From NCBI GenBank assembly GCA_964016885.1, contig OZ024741.1, positions 52,204,001 through 52,268,000 on the forward strand: a stretch of 64,000 bases of DNA, written 5' to 3'. Both the position numbers and the translations under genes were made by a program. The notes under the pieces were generated by a model that saw only the letters and a list, made by a program, of their open reading frames with translations, searched no databases and was not told the origin of the DNA. Shown in pieces: positions 29,083-40,295 of the stretch (position 1 is the stretch's first letter; each line of letters opens with the position of its first letter). The stretch is from Eledone cirrhosa (taxonomy: Eukaryota).

Positions 29083-30629
29083 AGGTATATACACTATATA
29101 TGTTATCCAAGAGAACGGCAAAGGCTGATATATAGCTTGGCACTTGCAACGTGGCAATTTATATATACACCATATATGCACACTATAGATGATGTTATCC
29201 AAGGGAAAGGCAATGGTCGATACTACCCAGTACCAGTTATGTTGTAACTCATTTTTTTCCCAACTGAGTGATCTGTAGCAACGTGAAATAAAGTCTTATT
29301 CAAGGTCACACCACATCGCCCTAAAAGGGAATCAAACTCACAACCGTGAGATATTTAGTAGCGAGAGCGTTGAACTCACTCACGTGCCTCTCCAGATGCA
29401 AATATGACAGTTTCTAACAACTCAGTTGGAGAACCACACAGAAGCTCCCTCTATGGCTTAGTCAGCAGTCAACCCTGATTAAGCAAACCCATCGTCAAAG
29501 GTATTCCAACCGGGACCACACCACCTCATTTTTATGTGTATGTAGCTCGGGAATGTATCTGAGGTAAATGTGTGATTTGAAGAAAATCTGGGACAACTTA
29601 TTAAATACATGACCATTGTCTCTTGCTGTTGGCTTAAAAGTTGTGGTTGTTGCAGTGCTGGTGGTGGTAGTAGTTATAGTAGTAGTAATGGTAGTCGTAA
29701 TGCTAGCTGCGATCGTATTAATAATGGTGGTGGTAGTAGTGCTAATTGTGGTGGCAGTAGCAGGACTAGAAGTAGTGGGGCTAGTAGTGATAGTGATAAT
29801 GGTGGTGGAGGTAGGGTTAGTTGTAGAAGTAATGGCTGTGATCGCAGTAGTAAATGTGGTGGTAGAAGTAATGGAAACTGTAGTGGTTCTTTTTATGTAC
29901 TTGACTGACGTAGTACTAATGGTGGTGTGTATGCTTGTAGTTCAGATTAAAATATGTTAATTTTCAAAGCTTAAATAGACGAACAAATATTTAAATGAAT
30001 TAAATATTGAAATTAAATATTTAAACAAACCACATGGAAATTGTTTAACGAAATTGATAAAAATGAGAAAAAATAAATAAAAACAAGAGAGACAAAACCA
30101 AAATGAATTAACAATATTTTAGCGTCTTTATGGAAATAGTTGCTTTTGAACTCTAATTCAGTTCTGAACAGGTAGACCTATGATCAAAGGCGTTTCAGCC
30201 ACGACTATCTACACTTATTTAGGCTTAGTTAATTCATAATATATTAAATGCGCCGCTTTTTTTTTTCTTTTAGTACGTAGAGCGTGAAACGGGTAGCTAT
30301 TTGTAAGGTATGAAATGTTAATCAAGAAATATAGGTTACCTTTCAGTCCTTGACTGAAATTAATGCATGCAAGATTTCACAGCTCTAGCATCACTCGTTT
30401 TTCTTTATTGTTTGATAGATCACACATCGCATACATATATATTAGTAGCAATAATGAATACAAATACCAAAATCTAGGGAGGACTCGATAAGGGTTGTAT
30501 ATAAGTAAATATAGACCTGTAGAGCAAATATGAGCACACATTAAAAGTTTAAGCAAACAATTTCTGCTTTCATCCTAAAGATCGCGCTTTTGGGTGAAAG
30601 CAGAAATTGCCTAAATTATTAATCTGTAC

Positions 30630-30673
<44 letters not shown>

Positions 30674-30904
30674 GGTGGTTATCCGAAGGGGATCGGAAAG
30701 AGACCACAGTTGAATAAGATAGTCAATATCTTCGAGAAGAAGCATATTTATTTTATATGAGATGAGTTCTACAGGACTTGAATTGTTTCATTCATGCGAA
30801 ATCATTAGGAGTATCTTGATTTCATACGAATGATAGTCATGAAATCACTCTTAGTATGTACACACACACATATATATATATATACATACATACATACACA
30901 CACC

Positions 30905-30946
<42 letters not shown>

Positions 30947-31044
30947 GTACATACACACGCACACATATATACACACACACATGTCTGTGTATATATGTAT
31001 GTACGTATATATACACATACGTACATACATATATGCACATATAC

Positions 31045-31148
31045 ATGCGTGTGTAATTGCGATCGTTTCTATGCTTTTAGCATTATATATATATATATAT
31101 ATATATATAATGCTAAAAGCATAGAAACGATCGCAATTACACACGCAT
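31045..31148. repeat. Perfect palindrome centred on (TA)n
   Basis: atgcgtgtgtaattgcgatcgtttctatgcttttagcat-(TA)n-atgctaaaagcatagaaacgatcgcaattacacacgcat. Confidence 0.93.
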
Positions 31149-31225
31149 ATATGGCGACGCGACGAGACCTTTTTTCTCATTTATGTCATTGCCCAGTCTT
31201 TATCTTTCTATTTCTTTAATTTCTC

Positions 31226-31263
31226 GTTTTCTGATGACGGATTGGCATCCGAAAGGTTAAAAC
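31226..31263 (+). ncRNA. Minimal hammerhead ribozyme, same family as 25541
   Basis: GTTTT-CTGATGA-C-GGAT-TGGC-ATCC-GAAA-GG-TT-AAAAC; stems I and II differ from 25541 but still pair. Confidence 0.68.
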
Positions 31264-33170
31264 CATTTTCCTACTATATCGAGCGTAAAACTAATAATAT
31301 ATTTCTTCATTGTACTGTGTCATTTGCTTTGTTATTTCTGTTTGCCTCTCTCTATATACATTAGTTCAAAAATAACGAAACATACAAAAATACCAAGCCT
31401 TAGGTTCACACTTAGCCTCACAAGCTTTATAAGCTCGGTTGGTCTTGCTTGGGAATCCTGCCTGATCAATTGGAGATGGTTGCTTCTGGTAGGACCCTCT
31501 GGAAGGTATATCAGAAGACTGCTCCCATGACCCTCCTAGAAATTAGTGGCTGAAGTAGAAATCTCTGAATGATATTTAAGTTGCCCATGATGTCGTGCTG
31601 TATGAGCTGGTATCTAAATTTCATTACGTTGGTTATTTTGAGTTATGTCGTAAGTATTTTATGTCCTATCAATCGAATAACCAGCAGTATCTATGTGTAT
31701 TATATAAGCGTATGTGAAATCTGCGTGCAACATCTGCGCGTAACATCGTGTAATATCTTTGTTATATCTCAGTCTGGTATGTGTTATCGTAAAGCTGATA
31801 CTTTATGTGAACCTTTATTTTGTCTCTTGTCGGAATTGATTCTGAACTCGTTTTGAAGATTGTAAAATCTTTTTCCTTTTTGATGATAACAATCGTCGGA
31901 AAAATGTTTCAGCTTGCTGAGATATGAGAATATGCTGGTTGTTTATGATTATAAATTGAATTTATATAATATATGCATTGTGATATAATTTTTTAAAAGT
32001 ATGATATATAAACAATAATGTTTCGAAAACCAGTTTCTGGTGAAACGAAGTTACTTTGTAATACAAATACTTCAATTTACTGTTTCTGTATTGAGTATTT
32101 TATAGTAATTGTCAGATAAATGGTGGTTCTTTTAGGCAAAAATACATTTTGAAATTAACCTCAATATAACAACGGCGCTTCACAAACCCATCAACTTCAA
32201 GTACAGAAGTAACTATACACCGAGTTAATATTGATAAATTTATTATCCTCAGTCGTAAATGACAGCTTGCACTTGCTTTGTGAACAATGATGGACGCACC
32301 GTATATCTTTTACACGGCTAGAATTCTACTTTCATCTGCAGCCGCTGCACTACTGTCTTCCATCACAGTCTTGACTATGATTTTTGAACGAACTCCATGG
32401 TACACCCTCCCATGGGTCGGTGTCTAGATAACGATTGAACATTAAAAATAACATTAAAAGCTTTCGATTCTTGCTTCATAAATGTCATTATTTCGAATCA
32501 CGCCAAAAGAAAAATGCCGATAATTCAAAGAAAAAGTTGGGAGAAAAGACAATTTATGAATTTAGAATAGGAAATTTTTAAACTAGATAATCATAATTTG
32601 AATATAAATACACATTTGACAACATTCAGTGCAAGTACAAATAAAATACCGACAATAGACAAAAACACCAAGAAACTATTCCAGTATTTTGTACAAAGAA
32701 AAATATCGAAAGTAAACTTTACTCCATTAACAAAACAGTACACAACATCTTATCAAAAAACACTTAACGATTAATGTCTGAAGTCAGTTATTTACATATT
32801 TATTTTGAGATTAACTTTAGAGAAAATCTGAACATTTAAATAAACAATTACCAGTAAATGAATAATTCTCAGGCTTAAATAACCTTTATCGCAGCAATTG
32901 GCTGTTGCTTAATACTGTCCAACACGTGATCAATCGTGTGAAAGATGTCGACAAAATGGATGCAGTTTTATCGATAAAACTGCAGCCATATTTATTATTG
33001 TTGAGTTGTTAATGTGTGTGCTTTGAACATAGAATTTTCTTTTAGCTGCTTCAATCGACAGAACTGTCTGGAACAGACAACTACGTTTTAAGTCCCGCAC
33101 TTCCACATCTTTGCAGGAGTTCACAACATTTAAACATTTGTTAATAATTTAGTTTTCTTTAATATATCCT

Positions 33171-33713
33171 TTAAAAGGCTGTCGTTAAGAGATGATTGTA
33201 ATATGTTAAATAAACAGCCAGTAGAACATAGATATACCCCAAGCTAAATTTAACGCTCGAATTGTTTGTAATTTTACCTAGTTTGACTGGAAGTGTCTTG
33301 AGATGAGATGGATCATTCACGTAAAATACCGCGCTTTGCATAACATATGGCTGCCGTTTTGTCCTTATTTTATGTGCAAAACCGTCTTTGAATATTAATT
33401 TTCGGTGAGCTTCATTTATAGAACTTTCCGTTAGTTTCTCCAATCGGCACAGTCTTCTGGGACAGACGCCGTCACAAAGAAGCACAGTACACTGGAACCA
33501 AAGTCTGTTACTACCACGGAGTTGAAAAACTTCAAATATAGGGCTGCTTACAATTCCGTAGTTTGAGATAAATCTAATATTCTGTGGAAATACCACACCA
33601 TCACCGCAACCTTCATGTAAGAGTTGGTAAACATTGTTGTAATTGCTAACCCAACAGTCGTCGACTAGGAAGTCGTCACTATCTTTGTTGTTCCATTCGC
33701 CTCTCAGTTGAAC
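33171..33713 (-). CDS. Last coding exon of a ZP-domain (vitelline envelope, VEZP/VERL-like) protein: ZP-C half, furin site, hydrophobic C-terminal tail
   Basis: Acceptor ttttgttttatacgcag|GTT (phase 0). Translation VQLRG..DDCWV..YQLLHEGCGDGVVFP..SPIFEVF..WFQCTVLLCDGVCPRRLC matches the molluscan ZP-C cysteine pattern; RTKR furin site, EHP-like VMQSAVFYV, hydrophobic tail, TAA at 33171-33173. Confidence 0.88.
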   Translation of the reverse strand, partial: VQLRGEWNNKDSDDFLVDDCWVSNYNNVYQLLHEGCGDGVVFPQNIRFISNYGIVSSPIFEVFQLRGSNRLWFQCTVLLCDGVCPRRLCRLEKLTESSINEAHRKLIFKDGFAHKIRTKRQPYVMQSAVFYVNDPSHLKTLPVKLGKITNNSSVKFSLGYIYVLLAVYLTYYNHLLTTAF

Positions 33714-33854
33714 CTGCGTATAAAACAAAACAAATGTTTAAAACCACATGTCTTTCATTGCTAAATAAAGTGAGGAGATTTAGCCTACGATAAAAAGAAA
33801 ATACATTGAGTTTTGCTGCTAGGAAGTTTCCCTCCGAACTATTATCTCAGACAA

Positions 33855-34112
33855 AGTGTTTCTGTGGAGACCAGTAGTCGCCCATGCATACTAACCTCCC
33901 CTCTTTACACCACCGAAGTTGTCCAAGGGAAAAGCAAGGGCCGATACAACTTGGCACCAGTGACCTCACAACTCATTTCTACAGCTGACTCAGCTGGAGT
34001 CACATGAAATAAAGAGTCTTGGCCAAAATCACAACGCACCACGCGGAAATCGAACTCACAACTCGATGATTGGGAATCCAACGCTATAACCACTAAGCCA
34101 CGTACCTTCACA
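33855..34112 (-). mobile_element. tRNA-derived SINE family B (CORE-like CTTG(A/G)GCAAGACACTTT motif)
   Basis: Head GAAGGTACGTGGCTTAGTGGTTA..GAGTTCGATTTCC; related copies at 1-175(-), 9330-9570(+), 19620-19730(+), 29170-29390(-), 39320-39437(+). Confidence 0.78.
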
Positions 34113-34819
34113 ACCCACAATGTATCTATGTATATGTATCTATGGATACTTAACCCTTCATGAAATTACATGGGCATTTTTTAAACCTGGTGGCGCTCAC
34201 TCCAGATCTAAATACTGCCGATTTCTCCCACAGAAAGAGAGAAGGAGGTAGAGAAGGGAAGTAAGGAAGATATACAAGAGGGAAAATTATCCCAGTACTG
34301 ACTGGTATTTTTTTTTATCGATCTCGAAAGGAAAGTTATAAAGATGAAGAATCGACCCAGTACTGGAATGCTACTTTTTTATTTATTTATCTCAGAAGGC
34401 TGAAAATTGACCAAAACAGAATTTGAAATTAGAGCGCAGAGAGCTGGAAGGAATAACGCAAAGAATTCTAGTATTCTGTTCGACATTCTGATGATCCTGC
34501 CAATTTATCGCCTATATACCTATACCAATAAGGGAGTATCTACATTAATGATTCTGAACATTGGGTACCCTTTTAAATAATTTTGGAGGTCAATTTTCCT
34601 AAATCTTACTTTTTAATACTAAGCATGTTTTTATACCGTTTTGGCAGGGTGGGTACCAAATGTCTTCAGATGCCGTCATGGGTGTATGGAAGAAAAAAGT
34701 TAAACATTGCTGTAAATGGTATTTTCACTCGATCTAAAAATAAAAGCTACATCTCCCTAAAAATCATGCACTACCGTCTTAAAAAGGAAGGAAGGACACG
34801 GTTATTGAAGTAACTAGAT

Positions 34820-35107
34820 CAGAGGCCTCAAACTCAAGGACTCAAAAAGGCCATTACCTCACGGGGAAGAGTCATAGAGAGCCAAAAGATGATGTGGGTG
34901 GTGTTTGTGATTTCCCCCAGTTATACTAATTTGTAATACAGCTGATAGGCTGCTATTTTTTCCTCATCGAAATGAATACACACATGATATGCGAAATATA
35001 CAAAATGCGAGAAATTTTCCGTTTCAAATTTTCCTTAATTAGTTACGAAAATTGTTCTGTTGTGGTCATAGAAACGTAGTTTACAGGTCACGTGTTTGAG
35101 ACCCCTG
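34820..35107 (+). mobile_element. hAT (Charlie/Buster-like) MITE in ZP intron
   Basis: TIRs CAGAGGCCTCAAAC / GTTTGAGACCCCTG; perfect 8-bp TSD AACTAGAT (34812-34819, 35108-35115). Confidence 0.88.
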
Positions 35108-36335
35108 AACTAGATGTATTTTCTGTAGATAAACGTTCGTGCGCATGCGTGGATATCTTAGTAGCAAGGTTCGTATGTTACGAAACAAAATCAATTTCGA
35201 GTGAAATAAAGTTACTCTATAAGATATTAGGCATACTATTAATAAAGATAGTTCCCTTTGTTTCTATATAAAGCACTTTGATATTGATTTCTATGTTAGG
35301 CACCAAGCCAGCAAATCTGAGTGAAGGGCAAAATCGATTAAATAAACCCCGGAAGGATGAAAGGTGAAGTTGACATTGGCGTGATTTGATCGCAGAGTAT
35401 AAAGAGCCAGAACAAATAACGAAATGGCATTTTATCAGACTACCAATTCTGCCAGTCCATCACCCGACTGAGTACTTTAATATTAACTTTGTTTTATCTG
35501 CAATATCTTTACAGATTAATATGCATGTCAACTTTGCTTTTTATCCTCCCGGGGGTCGATAAAATAAAGTACCAGTTAAATATTAGGGATAATTTAATCA
35601 ACTTTGCTTTCCCTCATATTTGTTGGTTGTGTGCCTAAGCTAGAAATCAAATATGAGGGTGGTGGATTGGCAGTGTCGGTAGAGCGGCCCTTTATATTCC
35701 GAGTTCTAATCTCGTCGTAGTTAACTTTGCCTTTCATTCTTACGGGGTAAATAAAATAATTACTAGTAACGCACTGGGGTCGACATGATCTACTTTCCCT
35801 TTTAATTGCTGGCCTTGTGCCAACATTAGAAACGAATATCAAATATATATGTAAACATTCCTCGTTCAATTCTTAGCTGGTCTTCAACGATAATTTCCTA
35901 TTTACTGAGTATATTTTTTATAGTGCCCAGTGATATATACTTTTGTTGTTGGTTAGTCTCAGGTCAGCCTTGATCCAACAGACCTATAACCTAGACCTCC
36001 AGCCACGCCCAGCTCGTCTTTTTTCTCTTACATTAGTGTGCCTGACATTATCTAATGCTTTTAAAAAATGGTTTGCAGAGGGAAATTATATCATTTCTTG
36101 CATGCTCATGGACCATATCTCCATACTGCGTGAGCTGTGGTTCATACGAAAATGATATCAAAGCAAAAACATTTCTCAAACATTTTGAAAAGCAATACAT
36201 TTTTTTAAAGGTATACAACGAAGAAAAAGTGGATGAAAAAGGGTGGGACCTAAATTTAAGGCAATTTTATGTTAAACGAAAATAGAGGGAGAAAGTGCTG
36301 TAAAACACTAAAATGTTCAACACCAAGTTACCTAC

Positions 36336-36602
36336 CTTTTTACCCAAGTCCAAATCTGTTTTTAACGGACACCCCTTTATATCAGTGAGATATAAAGTCA
36401 GCTTTCGTCTGGACTTCACATGAATACCTGAAATTTCTTCAAAGACAATGGAAGGTCTGGTCAAGCGGACGGAATTGGAAGACACGATGTCGTATGAACG
36501 ATAAGTACAGACGATTAATCTACTGAGGAGGTAAACCAGCAAGGCGTTTTGTACTTCACGATATAGGGTCAACTGTGCAGAGAATTTGTCGCTGAGGGGG
36601 TT
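36336..36602 (-). CDS. Internal exon of the ZP gene (end of ZP-N, linker, start of ZP-C)
   Basis: Acceptor cttccttttatctatctag|AAC and donor AAG|GTAGGT, both phase 0. Reads NPLSDKFSAQLTLY..RLIVCTY..KLTLYLTDIKGCPLKTDLDLGKK and joins in frame to VQLRG, giving LGKKVQL as in molluscan ZP proteins. Confidence 0.8.
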
Positions 36603-37279
36603 CTAGATAGATAAAAGGAAGACGTGTGTGTATATATAATTGGGTACGGAATGGAAATAATCAACATCAATATGAGAGAGAGAGAGACAACGAGAGACAA
36701 CGAGAGAGGAGAGAGGAGAGAAGAGACGTCGAGGCGAGAGAAGGAGGCGTGAGAGAGAGGGGGGGAGGGGAGAGAGGGATAGGGAGAGAGAGAGCGAGAG
36801 AGAGAGAGAGGGATAAGACAGCTATATACAAAAGTAGAAACAAAATAACAGAGCCAGGCCAACCACCGTAATTAAGTCAACCGCGTGGAAAGAATGACGT
36901 CACAGAGAACAGCGCTAATAACAACAGAAGAGAGACCGCCATCTTGCCTCATCACTACATGGCTGGCTGAGACATGGCGACCGTGTGAGCTATGTTAAAA
37001 AATAGAATTTACACCGACAGAGCTGCCGAGATAAATTCATATATTATTTTGGGAAGTGGTCCCCCCCCCCCCACACACACACACGCACGCCCACACACAC
37101 AGAGAGAAACGTATTCACACAGGTATATACTAATGTATACACATCACAAATATACACATTAATACCGGCCTCCACATATCTGTGCAGACATCTTTACAAA
37201 CACATACATACATACATACACACATACACACATGGTGGCTGCCAACTCGTTTTCGAGTACGGCCACTACTTTATATCCA

Positions 37280-37815
37280 TGTAGGAGAACCCCTACCGAT
37301 GCGCTGAACGAGCGTGACTTTTTAGTCCAGCCAGCGACTTGAACACTCTGGCACAAACACTGCACTTGTGACAATTATTGACACAGTGTACATGGTACCA
37401 TGTGACGACAAGTGCAGAGAGATCTCCAGATACAAAGCAATGCCTGTGCCGTGAAGCTTTTATAGTGAGCAAAGGCACTGCACAAAGCCAGTCCCACTCT
37501 CTTAACCAAGATGATATTTACCCAAAAGAAGAACAAGTCAACATCATTGGATACCATCAGGGTTGCAGGTGTTATATCCGAGTTTTCCTTCTAGAATTCT
37601 GCCTTGACAAAGGCTAAGGGGTCATCTCTCCCAGTGATTTTGGATGGCCATTGACTCTTAAGAGCTCCTCTGCCCTTTGACAGGTTTTGTTTTTAGTCCT
37701 GCAGGATGTCCAAAGTCACCCTCCTCACTAAGAAAGCTTGGTGGGGTTGCCAGTTTAGTCGCCAACGACCCGACCATGAGACAGGTTGTACTGGGATACA
37801 TGTTACCAGTAGCAC
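37280..37815 (-). mobile_element. Internally deleted RTE-like element in ZP intron
   Basis: C-terminal zinc finger CSVCARVFKSLAGLKSH; its 5' part (acatgtatcccagtacaacctgtc..) is shared with copies near 3420-3785 and 21255-21560. Confidence 0.55.
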
Positions 37816-38072
37816 CAAGTGGTGACCTGACATAAGTCGAATTGATACATACATACGCATAAACCCGTTTATATAGACACATGTATGCACGCACACAGCC
37901 TCGTGTACACATATCTATACATATGCACAGATACATACATATACATTCGGATACATAGTCATATCTATCAATGCACACGCGCACACAAACACGCGCACCT
38001 ATACAAGTTTATACACATTTCTAGACTCTAAAAGTAGCAAATCACACGTAAATAATACCATAAATTCTGTAC

Positions 38073-38365
38073 CTTTTGTTTCATTATACACACATTGTTC
38101 GATTCCTGCCGCAACTGATCGGGTCCATGTATGAAATCGAAGACGGTATAAGCGGAATCTTCAGTAGTATTCTTTTGAAAGACCCCATTTTTACACTCCA
38201 ATTCAGCATAAATAGGGAAGGAAGCACCGATAGTTAGTCGCCCTAAATTCCTTGCTGTAACGTTATTTGATATACAATCGAGGTGGATGCTGTAAGGATC
38301 CGGTTGGGAATTCCCTGATAGCAGGGCAATCATGGAGAATAGGATCCAGCAATAGAAACATGAAG
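38073..38365 (-). CDS. Exon of the ZP gene: signal-peptide core and first three ZP-N cysteines
   Basis: Acceptor gtctttctttttcag|CT (phase 1), donor AAG|GTACAG (phase 0, weaker). Reads (A)SCFYCWILFSMIALLSGNSQPDPYSIHLDC..ELECKNG..NNVCIMKQK. Confidence 0.78.
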
Positions 38366-38689
38366 CTGAAAAAAGAAAGACAATGAATGTAATGAAAACT
38401 GGTAGCCCATAAACGGGTATCACCCTAAAGGTTTGAATTTCAGGTAAGAAAGTATGTATGGTTAGACCCATAACCTCTGATGGGTCGTAGGGGTTCCGTA
38501 ATGACATACAGCGTGTCTTGGGAATTCTTTTAAACCTAGCGGAGGTCTCCTTCCTCTGTAAGTCTAAATACAACCGATTTCTTCCAGAGAAAGAGAGTGA
38601 GAGAAGTAAGAAAGATATTGAATCGACTCCCAGTGTTGGATTGGTACTTTTTATCGCCTTGGGAAGTTAGACTGGTGGAAGAAAATAAT

Positions 38690-38945
38690 TCAAGGAGAGA
38701 AAAGATGACGATTAATGTTGCTTTTGAATTTTTGCAAGAAGCCGGAAAATAATTCCATAGGCGACATGTGAAGAGAAAGAAAATATCAGAATGGAATTTG
38801 TGATTGCATTTAGGAACTTTAGCTGTAAATGGACGAGACCTACCCACACATCTGATTCTTCGTTTAAACTCATGAATGCGAGGCAACAAAAAGGAAAGCT
38901 CATCAGAACAATTCCCACGAGAATATTTATAAAGATTTAACACGA
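38690..38945 (-). mobile_element. 3' fragment of the same CR1/L2-group LINE
   Basis: LYKYSRGNCSDELSFLLP..KCNHKFHSDIFFLFTCRLWNYFPASC. Confidence 0.75.
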
Positions 38946-39718
38946 ATCTAAGGTTGGGTTAGTTTTCTGCGAGATGTCAGACTAAAACCTTAGTTAAATT
39001 TCTATCAGTAGGGAGAAATAGCTGTTCCCATAACCATTATTAAGGCCTCTAAAACTGATGGGAGTGAGGCATCTTTAAGCCAGAAACAGGCTCGTATACT
39101 TGCAATAGAGTATTTCGCTGAAAGCCCTGAAAAGCCACCGAGGTGGGTGCTAAATCAGTCAAGCAATTAAATATATTACTCAAGTAGATTTACATTATCC
39201 ATGCGGCTGTAGGCTGGCGATAAAAGCTCGGAGAAGGCATTGTTATTGCTTTTGGTGTATAAGCGTAATCTAGGATTATGTTTGGGATGCATTGAATCAC
39301 CGAGTCCTCACCATTTTTGTGAAGGCGCGTGGCCTAATGGTTAAGGTGTTAGATTTACGATCCCAATGTTGGTTCAATTCTTGAATAGGGTTGTGCGTTT
39401 TGTTCTTGAGCAAAACAATTCATTTCACGTTGCTCCAAAACAACGTTAGTGTGATGTCATTATCACCTACTTCAAACATCACTGGTGACAACTCGCTATA
39501 TTATACTAAAAGAAGAGAAATAAATAAAGAAATATATAGAAATATATATTTTTGTAAATAAGACAATAACCGTGTGGAAATGGAAGCACCAATTGAAACA
39601 TAAGTTTTAAATCTCCGAAGCCGTTTATGAAAGTATTGAAGAAGACAAGAAAACACACTTCGATCTTCCGGCGTGGAAGAGGCTCCTATCAGAAAAAAAA
39701 CCGTCCATCATTTCTTAC

Positions 39719-39761
39719 CTGTTGTACAAACCTGGCTGGACACAGAACACTGCACAAACAT
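39719..39761 (-). CDS. Candidate proximal start exon of the ZP gene (MFVQCSVSSQVCTT), giving a 381-aa protein
   Basis: ATG at 39761, strong donor CAG|GTAAGA at phase 1 matching the 38365 acceptor; possible acceptor ctctatag| just upstream (exon start 39771). Confidence 0.45.
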
Positions 39762-39931
39762 TCTAATAGTTCTATAGAGTTATGAAATAATACATATGAA
39801 TAAGCCATAGATGACGAACATCATTAAGTAATGTCAGTTTCATGAGGAGATAAAACGCCTCCATCTTTTTGAAGGAAAAAAAAAAAAAAAAAAAAATGAG
39901 TATAAATCCTGGAAAACAAAGTCCGATATTG

Positions 39932-39970
<39 letters not shown>

Positions 39971-40295
39971 CAAGGAATTGACACTCCAAATTCACTATCC
40001 TCCTTTTACTTTGCTCCACTTTTCAAATTAAATGACACGACGGTTCAGTTATATTCAAATATTGTAAGCGCGTCCATTGAGAATATCGTCTATGACAAAC
40101 TGCTCAGTTGCTCGCATGTGTGCGTGCTGAACTCTGGGTCTTTCCGCTGGGAACAACCCCTCGTTTTCTCCCCCACCCCTTTTTTGTGTACATCCATCCA
40201 TTCACTCATTCATTTACTGCCATTCTACCTTCCTGTGTCTCCCCCTCCATGCAGCCCCTTTTCGCTCTCGTTTTCTGGCACCTCCATATATATAG

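Noticed and set aside
29609-29960. Gly/Ser-rich and Val-rich ORFs
   Set aside because: Degenerate GGT/AGT triplet tract with no splice or domain support.
38366-38573. N-terminal extension of ORF 38028-38573
   Set aside because: Lies upstream of a strong splice acceptor and runs into SINE-derived sequence; most likely intron.
39320-39385. tRNA gene
   Set aside because: A/B-box head continues into a SINE body and no cloverleaf forms; the same holds for the other tRNA-like heads.
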